In this document: positions 38,101-48,113 of the stretch, piece by piece | Position numbering within the stretch: position 1 is the first letter of the stretch | Layout of the letters: each line of letters opens with the position of its first letter | Origin: Anaerolineales bacterium | GTDB taxonomy: Bacteria; Chloroflexota; Anaerolineae; Anaerolineales; UBA11858 | Reading direction: 5' to 3' | Length of the DNA: 64,000 nucleotides | Assembly: GCA_049644685.1 (NCBI GenBank) | Contig: JBARSJ010000116.1 | Coordinates: forward strand, 5,622-69,621 | Position numbers and translations under genes: made by a program | The notes under the pieces: generated by a model | Database searches by the model: none | What the model was told of the DNA's origin: nothing | Seen by the model: the letters and a program-made list of their open reading frames with translations, nothing else

Positions 38101-38159
38101 TTCGTACGGAATCCTGACAGGTAAATCAGACGAGTAGGGACCCGGTCCCTTAATATCCT

Positions 38160-39134
38160 TTATTCTTTTTTGATTTCAGTCAATTTCAGCCAGGAGAATA
38201 TTAAGGGTGCTCCAAACGAAATCCACAAACCAATGAGACTGTAGCGGATAAACCGCAGTAGATAGGAAATCAGATTCAGGTCATCTGGAAAAACCTTTCC
38301 AAGCCCCATATATAAAAGCAGCACTCCTGCTATGCCGATTAGATACCGCAGGATCAACTGCAAGATAGGTCCTTTTCGGGTGAAAAACCCTTTCTCAGCA
38401 AACAGAATAATCCCCAACCCAAGACCAAAGAATGCACCGGCAGAGGTGAGTATGTCGTCGTAGCTATAGGGATTAATTTCTAATCCGGCAGTTTCCAGCC
38501 AGGCAGATGGCAGCGCTGGCGGGTTAAACGGAGGGGTGAACAGGAGCGCAGGCAGGACAAATAGAGATGTAATCCCTATCAACAGTAATATCCGCCTGCC
38601 AGGAGAGCTGCGTTTATACCAGGCGATGATTCCTGGTTCAAGACGAATGAACAAATATAGAATCAAAGCACCAACCAGCCATCCAGCCAGAACGTCGTGT
38701 AGAAAATGAACTCCAAGAAAGACCCTGGAGAGACCGATCAGAAATATTCCAACCAGGGCGAGTATCTTTACCCAGCGTTTGTTGAGAGAGAGGGCAAGCA
38801 ACCCCCAGATGCTGGCTGCATTTTGAGCATGTCCAGAGGGGAATCCGAAACTGGTGCCTTCGGATAACCCCTGCACCCCGGAAGATACCCAGAACGGGCG
38901 AGGTGTATGAAATCCTTGCTTAAGGATAGCGTTTATTCCTCCGCTAACTAACAAAATAATCCCAATCCGGATTCCCAAGGTGATGTCCAGGCACCAATAC
39001 AATAAAGGCATAAAAAGCAAGTAAAACTCAATGTTCCCCAGGAAGGTGATTCCTTTCATGATCGGCATCAGCCAATCCGCCCCTTGTTGAAACCAAATCG
39101 AGATTGGCAGAAAGAGTTGGGTCAGGTACTCCAT
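38160..39134 (-). CDS. PAP2-family phosphatase (membrane)
   Basis: KQGFHTPRP, FPSGH, SRVFLGVHFLHDV (the three PAP2 motifs), plus extra C-terminal TM helices. Overlaps the upstream MFS gene by 13 nt. Confidence 0.85.
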   Translation of the reverse strand: MEYLTQLFLPISIWFQQGADWLMPIMKGITFLGNIEFYLLFMPLLYWCLDITLGIRIGIILLVSGGINAILKQGFHTPRPFWVSSGVQGLSEGTSFGFPSGHAQNAASIWGLLALSLNKRWVKILALVGIFLIGLSRVFLGVHFLHDVLAGWLVGALILYLFIRLEPGIIAWYKRSSPGRRILLLIGITSLFVLPALLFTPPFNPPALPSAWLETAGLEINPYSYDDILTSAGAFFGLGLGIILFAEKGFFTRKGPILQLILRYLIGIAGVLLLYMGLGKVFPDDLNLISYLLRFIRYSLIGLWISFGAPLIFSWLKLTEIKKE

Positions 39135-40240
39135 AGCATTTTTCTCCTTAAAATAGTAAAAAGAAGGGAGGGTATGAGCAGCAGCAAAGTCGTGCTGAAA
39201 ATCAAATCAGGATTCTTTGAATATAAAATTCCAGCCAGGGGTGGGGCAGCGGCGAAGGCGAGCCCGGAAACGGTTTCAGTTATTCCATACGCCAATCCGA
39301 GATTGGCTTTTTTAACCATCTTTTCTACTTGAGCTATCAATAAGGAGCGAGTTGCTCTGTACCCCCCGTAAAGAAAATAAGCTGCTACTAACAAGGGCAT
39401 TTGAGTTGTCTGCCAGATCAGCGCAGCAAATATACCAACAAAAATCTGTCCCAATACTAAGCCGAGTTGTGTTGGAAGGTATCCAAAAATGAGATTTAGT
39501 AGAACATTGCCCATACTGGTTATGGATCCCAGGATACCAATAGTTTGCAAAGAAATTGCCCGCTGATTTTTCAGGAAGTTTGGCGCCAGGGGTTGGGGAA
39601 GGAACAGAGTGAAGGTTACCATAAAAATTAATGGCAACAGGATAAGGAAATTTCTATTTTTCAAAAGTTCACCAGAAGGATTTCCAAGATACTTTTCCGG
39701 GGCTTGTGATTTTATTTGCAGGATCAACGTTCCGGAGATAATAAATACTCCGAAGGCAATAAAGTAGATGGGACGCAGCCCCAGGCTGCCTGCGATCCTT
39801 CCCCCTGCCAGAGGTCCCAGGACAGCCCCTAAAGAAAAGGCAGCGGCGGTTGTCGTCATTGCCCGTTCAACTGATAAATTACCCCTGGCTGCCGTTACAT
39901 AGCTGTTTAAGGGGGCGATGACAAAAAGTGTGACCGCATAGAGGATGATTCCTATTGAAAATACGGCGAGTGACCTGGCAGCAGCCATGATACCGGTGGT
40001 TATAATACCGGTCAGCCAGCCGGCCCAGATGAGTTTCCTCCGGCCAATTCGGTCAGCGAGATAGCCAGCTGGAATGTGAACTACAGTCATCGTCACACCG
40101 GCTATGCCAAGGATCGCACCAATAGAAAGAGGAGAAGCTCCTAATTCTTCCAGATAGAGGGGTTGAAAATACATGAACATGCCCTCACCTAGCCCCCAGG
40201 TGAACAGGCTGATAATTAAGTATTTAAAATCCCTTGTCAT
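39122..40240 (-). CDS. MFS transporter
   Basis: 12-TM pattern. GYLADRIGRRKL (MFS loop 2-3 motif). Confidence 0.85.
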   Translation of the reverse strand: MTRDFKYLIISLFTWGLGEGMFMYFQPLYLEELGASPLSIGAILGIAGVTMTVVHIPAGYLADRIGRRKLIWAGWLTGIITTGIMAAARSLAVFSIGIILYAVTLFVIAPLNSYVTAARGNLSVERAMTTTAAAFSLGAVLGPLAGGRIAGSLGLRPIYFIAFGVFIISGTLILQIKSQAPEKYLGNPSGELLKNRNFLILLPLIFMVTFTLFLPQPLAPNFLKNQRAISLQTIGILGSITSMGNVLLNLIFGYLPTQLGLVLGQIFVGIFAALIWQTTQMPLLVAAYFLYGGYRATRSLLIAQVEKMVKKANLGLAYGITETVSGLAFAAAPPLAGILYSKNPDLIFSTTLLLLIPSLLFTILRRKMLWST

Positions 40241-40998
40241 AAAGCTGGAGCCTGAATTCTTTGCACAAAGTTTAGAACATTATTATATACAGTCATTTTA
40301 TCGGAGTCCCGGGTTACAATATGTCCGCTGTTTTCCAGCCAGACCATTTCTTTGTCTCCTTCAGCTGTGCCGAGTTCCTGATAAATCCGGCTCATATTTT
40401 CCGGGTCAACAACCAGGTCGCCTTTAGCATGCATCAGTAAGGCAGGCGCTGTCACTTTGGGAAGTGAATCTCTCATTGTCTGGATCAAGTGGGTGAATTG
40501 AACGATTGCCCGGGTGGGGAATTTCTCATATGATATGTGATCTTTGGCTGCATCAGGATTGTGCCAATCAGATTTGCCTTTTTTCACAAATGGATATATC
40601 CCAGTCAAAAATGGTAATAACGCCAGTTTAAGGTCTGATCCCAGCTGATAAGGTGTAGACAGGGTGACTACACCCTGAACTGGTAAAAAGGAAGCGTGAT
40701 ATAAGGCCAGAACCCCACCCATTGACAGCCCCATCAGAATGACTTTGTCAGTGGAGGATTGCAGAAGATGCCATCCATCCAGGACTGACCCGGACCAATC
40801 CTGCCAATGAGAGCGCTGTATATCTGCCATTTTTGTTCCATGACCTGAGAGGCGGATGCCAAGAACGGAATATCCCTTATCAGCTAAGAAATCTCCCAGG
40901 GGGCGCATTTCTTTTGGCGTCCCGGTAAAGCCATGAATTAATAAACAACCGGTTGAATTTCCAGGAAAGTAGAACGGTTCAGCGGTTTTGATAATCAT
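40237..40998 (-). CDS. alpha/beta hydrolase (carboxylesterase/lysophospholipase-like)
   Basis: LLIHGFTGTPKEM, GLSMGG nucleophile elbow, C-terminal HIVT. Its stop overlaps the MFS start by 4 nt. Confidence 0.85.
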   Translation of the reverse strand: MIIKTAEPFYFPGNSTGCLLIHGFTGTPKEMRPLGDFLADKGYSVLGIRLSGHGTKMADIQRSHWQDWSGSVLDGWHLLQSSTDKVILMGLSMGGVLALYHASFLPVQGVVTLSTPYQLGSDLKLALLPFLTGIYPFVKKGKSDWHNPDAAKDHISYEKFPTRAIVQFTHLIQTMRDSLPKVTAPALLMHAKGDLVVDPENMSRIYQELGTAEGDKEMVWLENSGHIVTRDSDKMTVYNNVLNFVQRIQAPAL

Positions 40999-41022
40999 TT
41001 TAGTCTCCAGAATCCATAAGAG

Positions 41023-42150
41023 CTAATCTTCAATAAAAAGTTGGCTGAGTTCCCGCGGAAGGTGAGTTAAGGATTTGCAGCCGTCTTCAGTCACCACAAC
41101 ATTGTCTTCAATCCGGACTCCGCCGCGGCTGGGAAGGTAAATACCTGGCTCAATAGTAAAAGTCATGCCGGGTTGTAATATAGTTTTATCATATTGACTT
41201 ATGTATGGTTCTTCATGGGCTTCTCTTCCCAAACCATGTCCAGTGCGGTGGATGAAAAATTCACCATAACCAGCTTCGTCAATCACTTTCCTGGCAGCTT
41301 GATCAACCGAACTGGCAGTAGCCCCAGCTTTTACAGCCGATCTGCCGGCCGCATTGGCTTTTCGGACAAACTCTGCTATCTGCTCAAGTTCAGGGTGAAT
41401 ATCGCCCATGGCAAAAGTTCTGGTAATGTCTGAGAAATATCCATCAACATTGGCTCCCCAGTCGATCAGTACCAGATCTCCCAAATTCAACTCGCGGGTT
41501 GTTGGCACAGCATGAGGATTGGCGGAATTTGGTCCAAAAGCGACAATCGGGAAAAACGGGAGATCAGGATCAGATCCATGATGCAGCAGCCGGCCTACCA
41601 GTATTGAGGCAATTTCCTTTTCAGTTACACCTGGTTTGATCCCTGATAAGGTAGCAGTCAGCGCACATTCTGCAATCCTGGATGCTTCTCCCATCAACTC
41701 AATTTCATAATTTCCTTTCACCATCCTCAGAGAGCTTATGATGGGTTGAGCAGAGACAATATCCACTTCTGGAAGTGCTTCTTCCAGATACTTCAATTCC
41801 AGCAGCCGGAGCCGGCGGGGGATTACCCCTAATTTCCCAGATTTCAATCCTGTTTCTGCCAGTGCATTAGTCATCACCCCTTGCCAGCTGGATTGGTCTT
41901 CGGTGTAGATAAAAGCGCGGATTTCATAATCCAGTTCAGATAACTTTTGCTGTTCCAGTTCCGGAAGGACAAGAACCGGGGTTCCTTCAGCAGGGAAGAT
42001 CCCGAGGACAGGACGTTCCATAAGGTGGAAATTAAGCCCTGTAAAATAGGTTAAATCAGGCCCGGGATTTAAGGCAGCAGCTTTAAATCCGTTTTTAATC
42101 AGGGATTCTTTTAGCTGCTGCTGCCGGTTTACAATTGTTGCCTTAGTCAT
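41023..42150 (-). CDS. M24-family Xaa-Pro aminopeptidase/dipeptidase
   Basis: DLVLIDWGANVDGYFSDITRTF, HRTGHGLG.E.HE, PGMTFTIEPGIY, GGVRIEDNVVVT. Confidence 0.9.
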   Translation of the reverse strand: MTKATIVNRQQQLKESLIKNGFKAAALNPGPDLTYFTGLNFHLMERPVLGIFPAEGTPVLVLPELEQQKLSELDYEIRAFIYTEDQSSWQGVMTNALAETGLKSGKLGVIPRRLRLLELKYLEEALPEVDIVSAQPIISSLRMVKGNYEIELMGEASRIAECALTATLSGIKPGVTEKEIASILVGRLLHHGSDPDLPFFPIVAFGPNSANPHAVPTTRELNLGDLVLIDWGANVDGYFSDITRTFAMGDIHPELEQIAEFVRKANAAGRSAVKAGATASSVDQAARKVIDEAGYGEFFIHRTGHGLGREAHEEPYISQYDKTILQPGMTFTIEPGIYLPSRGGVRIEDNVVVTEDGCKSLTHLPRELSQLFIED

Positions 42151-42454
42151 TGAAACTCCCGTCTAGTTTGATGATGAATCTTAGCGAGGTGATAAATATT
42201 GGATAAGCTTATTACCAATAACATTTATCATAACTTAATTTGGAATCATTCCCAAGTTACTTTTAGGGACTGGGCAATATCTTTAATATCACCGCCAGAG
42301 GAGTTTTGAGAGAAGTATAGCGGGTTTCAAGGGATTTACCGGAGATATTAAAAGAATACACCTCCAGTTATTTCGCTAGGCAGGCTTATTGATTTAACTG
42401 GAGGTAAAAAAAATTAGTGCGAATCCCAACTGTCGGGAGAGGAAGGGAAGTTCC

Positions 42455-42886
42455 CTAGTCTATCCCAATCAATTGTTGAAATATCAATAGTTCTCCAGCG
42501 GAGGTTGTAATCTGCAGCCTATCTCCTTGGATAGAATATGAGCTGGACTCCGACAGCAATTTCATAATTGTTTGTTCCTGCTCCATGATTCCTTCAGGGT
42601 CCATGCAGGCCATTTCGGTCCAACCCAACTCGCCGATTGAGATTTGATCACCTTTGAGGCGATAGGTACCGAAGTATGTGTTGCAGCTAGCTGATCCCTG
42701 GATTTCCTTGGCATCAAATGATGCGGTCATATTTTTTCCCGCGAGAGGCATATTTCCGTCATAGCTGGTAAGTTTCCAGGTTGTACCGGTGAGCTGGTTT
42801 GATCCAGTTCCGGGCAGTATTGAACAGCTGGCGGCGAATAACAAGCTGATTATGGATATAGTGATAATTAAATAAATCTTTTTCAT
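42455..42886 (-). CDS. META-domain (HslJ-like) lipoprotein
   Basis: Lipobox FAASC. LTGTTWKLTSYDG and NTYFGTYRLKGDQISIG are typical of META domains. Confidence 0.8.
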   Translation of the reverse strand: MKKIYLIITISIISLLFAASCSILPGTGSNQLTGTTWKLTSYDGNMPLAGKNMTASFDAKEIQGSASCNTYFGTYRLKGDQISIGELGWTEMACMDPEGIMEQEQTIMKLLSESSSYSIQGDRLQITTSAGELLIFQQLIGID

Positions 42887-43094
42887 AGTTGGCTCCTTTA
42901 CCTAACATATTATATAGACGTATAAGCAGGTTTTTAAGTTCCCCCAATGATATATTATATTCATTGAAAGATTCTCAAGTTTATTAACCCCCAAACGCGG
43001 TTAATAGATTTTATGTTTAAGGTTGGAAATTTGGATTTGTTTTCAATTCCGGGAGAGGACTATCAGCGGAGTAGTGGTCAAAAGAGAGGGAAAA

Positions 43095-44042
43095 ATGAGA
43101 AAGCACAGAGCAAGAAAGGTTTTGCTGTGGATTCTACTGGCTTTGGTCCTGCTGTTTGCAATTCTATACCTGATCCTAGATGTAGAAAAACTGGAGCTGA
43201 CTGACGAAGCGCGGGAAAATGCAGCAGGAGATTTTGTTGAACTGTCAGCAGGCTTGGTTCATTACCAGTTGGAAGGAGCGGCAGATTCTCCGCTGATTGT
43301 CCTGGTCCACGGGTTTTCTGTCCCCGCTTATGTTTGGGATCCAACTTATTTAGCTTTGAAAGAAGCCGGCTATCAGGTTTTGAGATTTGACCTTTATGGC
43401 AGAGGTTATTCTGACCGCCCGGAAGTTACCTATGATATCAACCTTTTCAGCACCCAATTGGAAGAGCTGCTCTCCGAATTGGAAGTGGATGAACCTGTCC
43501 ACTTAGTCGGCCTTTCGATGGGCGGACCTGTAGTCACCAGGTACGCGAATGAAAACCCGGAAAGCGTGAGGGGGGTCACATTAATTGCGCCCGAGGTTGT
43601 CCAGGTAACCTGGAAGGATATATTTCCAATGAATTTACCCGGGGTGGGTGAGTATTTGATGGCGGTTTATATGGAACCTATCTATCTGCCCAAATGGCAG
43701 GGCAGTGATTTTTCCCAGCCGGAAAATTTTCCAGATTGGGAAGAAAGATACCGGGTCCAGCTGCAATATAAGGGAACTGGCAGAGCGCTGCTATCCACAA
43801 TCCGTAATTTAGTGAAACTCAATGCGGAACTTGATTACCAGAAATTGTCTGAAACAAAACTGCCGGTGCTGTTGATTTGGGGCAGAGAAGATCAAACGAT
43901 CTCAGGGGAAAATATGCAGGTTCTGCAAGGGCTCTTGCTGGATATGCAGGTCCAGATAATTGAGAACGCCGGCCATCTAGGCCATTATGAGTTTCCAGAA
44001 ATCGTTAATCCTATCCTGCTTGAATTTATTGATTCCAATTAG
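43095..44042 (+). CDS. alpha/beta hydrolase, membrane-anchored
   Basis: ATG at 43095 after GAGAGGG. N-terminal TM helix. VLVHGFSVP, GLSMGG, NAGHLGHYE. Confidence 0.85.
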   Translation: MRKHRARKVLLWILLALVLLFAILYLILDVEKLELTDEARENAAGDFVELSAGLVHYQLEGAADSPLIVLVHGFSVPAYVWDPTYLALKEAGYQVLRFDLYGRGYSDRPEVTYDINLFSTQLEELLSELEVDEPVHLVGLSMGGPVVTRYANENPESVRGVTLIAPEVVQVTWKDIFPMNLPGVGEYLMAVYMEPIYLPKWQGSDFSQPENFPDWEERYRVQLQYKGTGRALLSTIRNLVKLNAELDYQKLSETKLPVLLIWGREDQTISGENMQVLQGLLLDMQVQIIENAGHLGHYEFPEIVNPILLEFIDSN

Positions 44043-44145
44043 GGTCAACCTCAGCTAAACAATTTCTTCATAATTAACTAATAAGTTGTTAATCAGGGCA
44101 GAGTATCCTTTTAACATTAATAGTTGTTTAAAGGAGAAACATCCA

Positions 44146-44964
44146 ATGAAGAAAAAAGTAATGTTTTTTGCGGTTGTGGTTTTAGTAATGAGTGCCTGCG
44201 CAGCTCCTGCGACGGCTGATTTAAATCAAACAGAGGTTGACCTTTCTCAAGCAGAGGGGGTTGATGATCTGACGGAAAACACAGAGACGGTGCCTGACGA
44301 AGGTGAAGTTTCTGATCCGGCGGCAGCTGAGGATTATGGACCTGGTGAGGAAACCCATCAGGCAACGATTGCAGCCTTATCTGACACGGAGCTCTCCACG
44401 AGTGAATTGGAAGGAATCGCGTTCATGCGGGAAGAAGAAAAATTGGCCCGGGATGTATATATTCAACTTGCCGATTTGTGGAATATGAATATTTTTTCTA
44501 ATATTTCAAGGAGTGAAGATACCCATATGGAGGCAGTGAAAACCCTCATCGAGCTGTTTGGATTTGAAGACCCGGTTCAGGATAATGAAGTGGGAGTATT
44601 CACCGATCCGATTTTACAGGACTTACATGATGATTTGATGGTTAGTGGAAGTATCTCTTTAGCCGACGCACTGCTGGTTGGGGGAGCGATTGAGGAGATT
44701 GATATCCTTGATTTGCAGAAATTTCTGGACCAAACATCTAACAGCGCAGTGATTGAGGTTTATGAGAATTTACTAAGAGGATCGATCAATCACTTGAACT
44801 CTTTTGTGAGAAATTATGAACGGCAGACCAGGGAAACCTACCAGCCTCAATTTCTCACCATGGAAGAATATCAAGAGCTTATTTCCTTAGGCTCGGGGAC
44901 AAATTCAGCCGGGAGAAGCGGTGCGAATTCCTCCCCCAATGGAATGGGTCGAGCAGGGCAGTAA
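44146..44964 (+). CDS. DUF2202 (ferritin-like) domain lipoprotein
   Basis: ATG at 44146 after AAAGGAG. Signal with VMSAC. EGIAFMREEEKLARDVYIQLADLW.MNIFSNISRSEDTHMEAV is characteristic of DUF2202. Confidence 0.8.
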   Translation: MKKKVMFFAVVVLVMSACAAPATADLNQTEVDLSQAEGVDDLTENTETVPDEGEVSDPAAAEDYGPGEETHQATIAALSDTELSTSELEGIAFMREEEKLARDVYIQLADLWNMNIFSNISRSEDTHMEAVKTLIELFGFEDPVQDNEVGVFTDPILQDLHDDLMVSGSISLADALLVGGAIEEIDILDLQKFLDQTSNSAVIEVYENLLRGSINHLNSFVRNYERQTRETYQPQFLTMEEYQELISLGSGTNSAGRSGANSSPNGMGRAGQ

Positions 44965-44988
44965 ATTGTAAAAGGTATAGATGAAAGC

Positions 44989-45030
44989 AAGAAGGGCAAA
45001 TCCTCCCAAGGGATTTGCCCTTCTTTTTAT
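44989..45030 (+). terminator. intrinsic terminator
   Basis: 15-bp stem AAGAAGGGCAAATCC / GGATTTGCCCTTCTT with a 7-nt loop, followed by TTTTTATTT. Confidence 0.8.
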
Positions 45031-45034
45031 TTCC

Positions 45035-45063
45035 TTGACATCCCTCAGTCCCTAAACTAAAAT
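45035..45063 (+). promoter_or_regulatory. near-consensus promoter (TTGACA-N17-TAAAAT) driving the tRNA-Ala genes
   Basis: TTGACA at 45035-45040, 17-nt spacer, TAAAAT at 45058-45063. The first tRNA starts at 45082. Confidence 0.7.
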
Positions 45064-45081
45064 GATGAGGCTGAAATCCCA

Positions 45082-45154
45082 GGGCCTGTAGCGCAGTTGG
45101 GAGCGCGCATCAATCGCACTGATGAGGTCGCGGGTTCGAATCCCGCCAGGTCCA
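45082..45154 (+). tRNA. tRNA-Ala (anticodon CGC)
   Basis: GGGCCTG-TA-GCGC-AGTTGGGA-GCGC-G-CATCA-ATCGCAC-TGATG-AGGTC-GCGGG-TTCGAAT-CCCGC-CAGGTCC-A. G3:U70 identity pair. CCA is not encoded. Confidence 0.95.
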
Positions 45155-45203
45155 CTCTGGTTGACGGGTGTTTAATTAACGGGTAAAATAGTCCCCATCA
45201 TCT

Positions 45204-45276
45204 GGGCCCATGGCGCAGTTGGGAGCGCGTCTCAATGGCATTGAGAAGGCCGTGGGTTCGAGTCCCACTGGGTCCA
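45204..45276 (+). tRNA. tRNA-Ala (anticodon GGC)
   Basis: GGGCCCA-TG-GCGC-AGTTGGGA-GCGC-G-TCTCA-ATGGCAT-TGAGA-AGGCC-GTGGG-TTCGAGT-CCCAC-TGGGTCC-A. G3:U70 pair. Confidence 0.95.
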
Positions 45277-45319
45277 CAGACAACGGCACTGAAATTTGAT
45301 TTTGTGCCTGAATAATTAA

Positions 45320-45575
45320 TATCCGGGAGTAGTAGATTAGCTGCCAGAGAGGTGAAATCAGCGGCTGAAAATTTCACCAGGTGTGCCCGCAGCGCACAGT
45401 TGAAAAATTGAACTCGCCCGGCACGTTTAGATACGTGGATTTGCCCCTGAAATCAAGTAAGAGGCAACGGTCCTGCCCGATACAGCAGCCCCAAGAGGTG
45501 GTGAAATCTGACCACAATCAGGGTGGTACCGCGGAGATTTCCTTCCTTCGTCCCTGAAAGACGGAGGATTTTTTA
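45320..45575 (+). promoter_or_regulatory. T-box riboswitch leader, Leu specifier (CUC)
   Basis: Stem I closed by CCGGG/CCCGG, with AGUAGUAG, AGAGA and distal CAGCGGCUGAAAA. Specifier loop GAA-CUC-G (CTC at 45413-45415). T-box core AGGGUGGUACCGCGG (45520-45534). Terminator TCCTTCGTC-CCTGAAA-GACGGAGGA plus T6 (45544-45574). Confidence 0.9.
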
Positions 45576-45647
45576 TTTAAAAGTAATGGCAATTTGTTAT
45601 TATTAAAAAATTAGGATAAGATTTACCTTCATCAGGGAGATGGGATT

Positions 45648-48113
45648 ATGACTTCAGAATATAAGCCCGGGGACATTGAACCCAAATGGCAGAAAAAATG
45701 GGAAGCAGATGGACTCTATCAAGCGAATATTGATCAGTCAAAGACAAAGTTTTATGCACTCACCATGCTGCCTTATCCATCCGGAGAACTGCATATCGGT
45801 CATTGGTATGCCATGACGCCCTCGGATGCCAGGGCGCGCTATAAACGTATGCAGGGCTACAATGTTATGTTTCCAATGGGGTTTGATGCTTTTGGCCTGC
45901 CGGCAGAAAATGCCGCAATCCAGAGAGGTATTCATCCCCGAAAATGGACTTTTGGAAATATTGACCGCATGCGATTGCAATTAAAAAGCATGGGCACCAT
46001 GATTGACTGGCGGAGAGAAGCAATCTCAGCAGATCCGGAATATTATCATTGGACTCAGTGGTTTTTCATCCAGTTGTTCAATAACAATTTGGCCTATCGA
46101 AAGCAGTCCCCCGTGGATTGGTGTCCCCAGTGCAACACAACCCTCGCCAGGGAACAGGTTCATGGCGATGATCGCCACTGTGAACGCTGCGCTACCCAGG
46201 TGATTAAGAAAGACCTGGTGCAGTGGTTTTTTAAGACTACTAACTATGCTGATGAGCTGCTGAACTTTTCGCAGATTGATTGGCCGGACCGGGTTGAAAC
46301 CCTGCAGACCAATTGGATCGGTCGTTCAGAAGGGGCTGATGTATTCTTTACAACCGAAGATGGAGACGAGCTGACTGTCTTTACCACCCGCCCGGATACG
46401 TTGTGGGGCGCAACATTCATGGTGCTGGCCCCAGAACATCCGCTGGTGGATAAAATCACGACCCCGGAACAGAAAGACACTGTCGCGGCTTACCAGAAAG
46501 AGGCGGACCAGAAAACGGAAATCCAGCGGGCAGCCGTGGATAAAGAAAAATCGGGCGTTTTTTCAGGTGGGTATGCGATTAACCCGGTTAATAAAGCCAG
46601 AATCCCGATCTGGATCGCGGATTATGTGATGATGGGATATGGATTTGGAGCGATCATGGCTGTGCCGGCTCATGATGAACGGGATTTTGAATTCGCCCGC
46701 CAGTATGGTCTGGAAATTATCCCTGTGATTCAACCGGGAGGGCAAAAATTTGACGGCGAAACAATGCCGGAAGCCTATATCGGACCGGGATCAATGATTA
46801 ACAGCGCCCAGTTTGATGGGACAGAGGTAACGGATCAAAAGGGAAGGGTAAATCCCGGCTTAGGGAAAGTGATTGATTGGCTCGAAAAAGACGGCTTGGG
46901 AAAAGAAGCAGTCAGTTACAAATTAAGGGATTGGCTGATCTCCCGCCAGCGTTATTGGGGCGCGCCAATTCCCATGATTTACTGCGATACCTGCGGTTGG
47001 AATCCTGTTCCTGAGGGGGAACTGCCCGTGCTGCTCCCGGAAGAAGTAGAGTGGCTGCCAACCGGAGAGAGTCCGTTAAAATTGCACCCGACCTGGAAGG
47101 ACACCACCTGTCCCAAGTGCGGTGAAAAGGCAACCCGGGAGACAGATACCATGGATACGTTTATGTGTTCCTCCTGGTATCACCTGCGTTATTTGAGCCC
47201 AGAATATAAAGAGGGTCCTTTTGACCAGAATGAATATGACTATTGGATGCCGGTAGATACTTACACCGGGGGTATTGAGCATGCCAATATGCATTTGATT
47301 TACACTAGGTTTTTTCATAAAGCGCTGCGTGATTTGGGGATTACTGAAGCGAATGAACCGATGACCCAATTGAGAAATCAAGGTATGGTGCTGGGGGAAG
47401 ATGGCGATGCGATGTCTAAAAGCAGGGGTAACGTAATCTCCCCGGATGACCTGGTTGCCCTCTATGGCGCGGATACCGTGCGGGCTTACATGATGTTTTT
47501 CGCTCGTTGGGATTTGGGAGGACCCTGGAACAGCCAGGGCATTACTGGTACCCAACGCTGGTTAAATCGGACCTGGGCTTTATACACAAAGCCTGCGGTG
47601 AAAGGGGACCCTTCCGAAGAACTGATTCGGGATTTAAAACGTGAAATCCACACTACACTGGACCGGATCAGTAAGGATTATGAAAGATTTGAGTTTAACA
47701 CAATCATTTCCTCTCTGATGGAATTGCTGAACACCCTCTATGATGCGCAGGGCAAAGGGGCGGCAGGATCGAAAGCCTGGACGGAGATACTGGAAACCTA
47801 TCTGCTGATGATGGCGCCAGCTGCACCGCATATCGCAGAAGAGCTGTGGACTGAAGTGCTGGGCAAAACCTATTCCATTCATGATCAACCCTGGCCGGAA
47901 GTTGACCGGGAAATGATGGAAAAGAATGAGATCACCCTCATCGTCCAGGTGAATGGAAAACTGAGGGATCGGATTGTAGTCGCGGTTGATATCAGCAAAG
48001 AAGAGGCAGAGAAGACAGCCCTGGCAAGTGAGGGAGCAGCCCCTTACCTGGAGGGGAAAGAGATCAGGAAAGTGATTGTGGTTCCCGGGCGTTTGGTGAA
48101 TATTGTGGTCTAG
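45648..48113 (+). CDS. leuS: leucine--tRNA ligase
   Basis: PYPSGELHIGH (HIGH), AMSKSRGN (KMSKS), CP1 editing domain TTRPDTLWGATF. Confidence 0.97.
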   Translation: MTSEYKPGDIEPKWQKKWEADGLYQANIDQSKTKFYALTMLPYPSGELHIGHWYAMTPSDARARYKRMQGYNVMFPMGFDAFGLPAENAAIQRGIHPRKWTFGNIDRMRLQLKSMGTMIDWRREAISADPEYYHWTQWFFIQLFNNNLAYRKQSPVDWCPQCNTTLAREQVHGDDRHCERCATQVIKKDLVQWFFKTTNYADELLNFSQIDWPDRVETLQTNWIGRSEGADVFFTTEDGDELTVFTTRPDTLWGATFMVLAPEHPLVDKITTPEQKDTVAAYQKEADQKTEIQRAAVDKEKSGVFSGGYAINPVNKARIPIWIADYVMMGYGFGAIMAVPAHDERDFEFARQYGLEIIPVIQPGGQKFDGETMPEAYIGPGSMINSAQFDGTEVTDQKGRVNPGLGKVIDWLEKDGLGKEAVSYKLRDWLISRQRYWGAPIPMIYCDTCGWNPVPEGELPVLLPEEVEWLPTGESPLKLHPTWKDTTCPKCGEKATRETDTMDTFMCSSWYHLRYLSPEYKEGPFDQNEYDYWMPVDTYTGGIEHANMHLIYTRFFHKALRDLGITEANEPMTQLRNQGMVLGEDGDAMSKSRGNVISPDDLVALYGADTVRAYMMFFARWDLGGPWNSQGITGTQRWLNRTWALYTKPAVKGDPSEELIRDLKREIHTTLDRISKDYERFEFNTIISSLMELLNTLYDAQGKGAAGSKAWTEILETYLLMMAPAAPHIAEELWTEVLGKTYSIHDQPWPEVDREMMEKNEITLIVQVNGKLRDRIVVAVDISKEEAEKTALASEGAAPYLEGKEIRKVIVVPGRLVNIVV

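Noticed and set aside
47076-47555. 159-aa ORF antisense to leuS. Similar cases are 33905..34354 inside the acyl-CoA ligase gene and 50370..50810 inside the kinase gene.
   Set aside because: No start context and no recognisable domain. All are embedded antisense in conserved genes.
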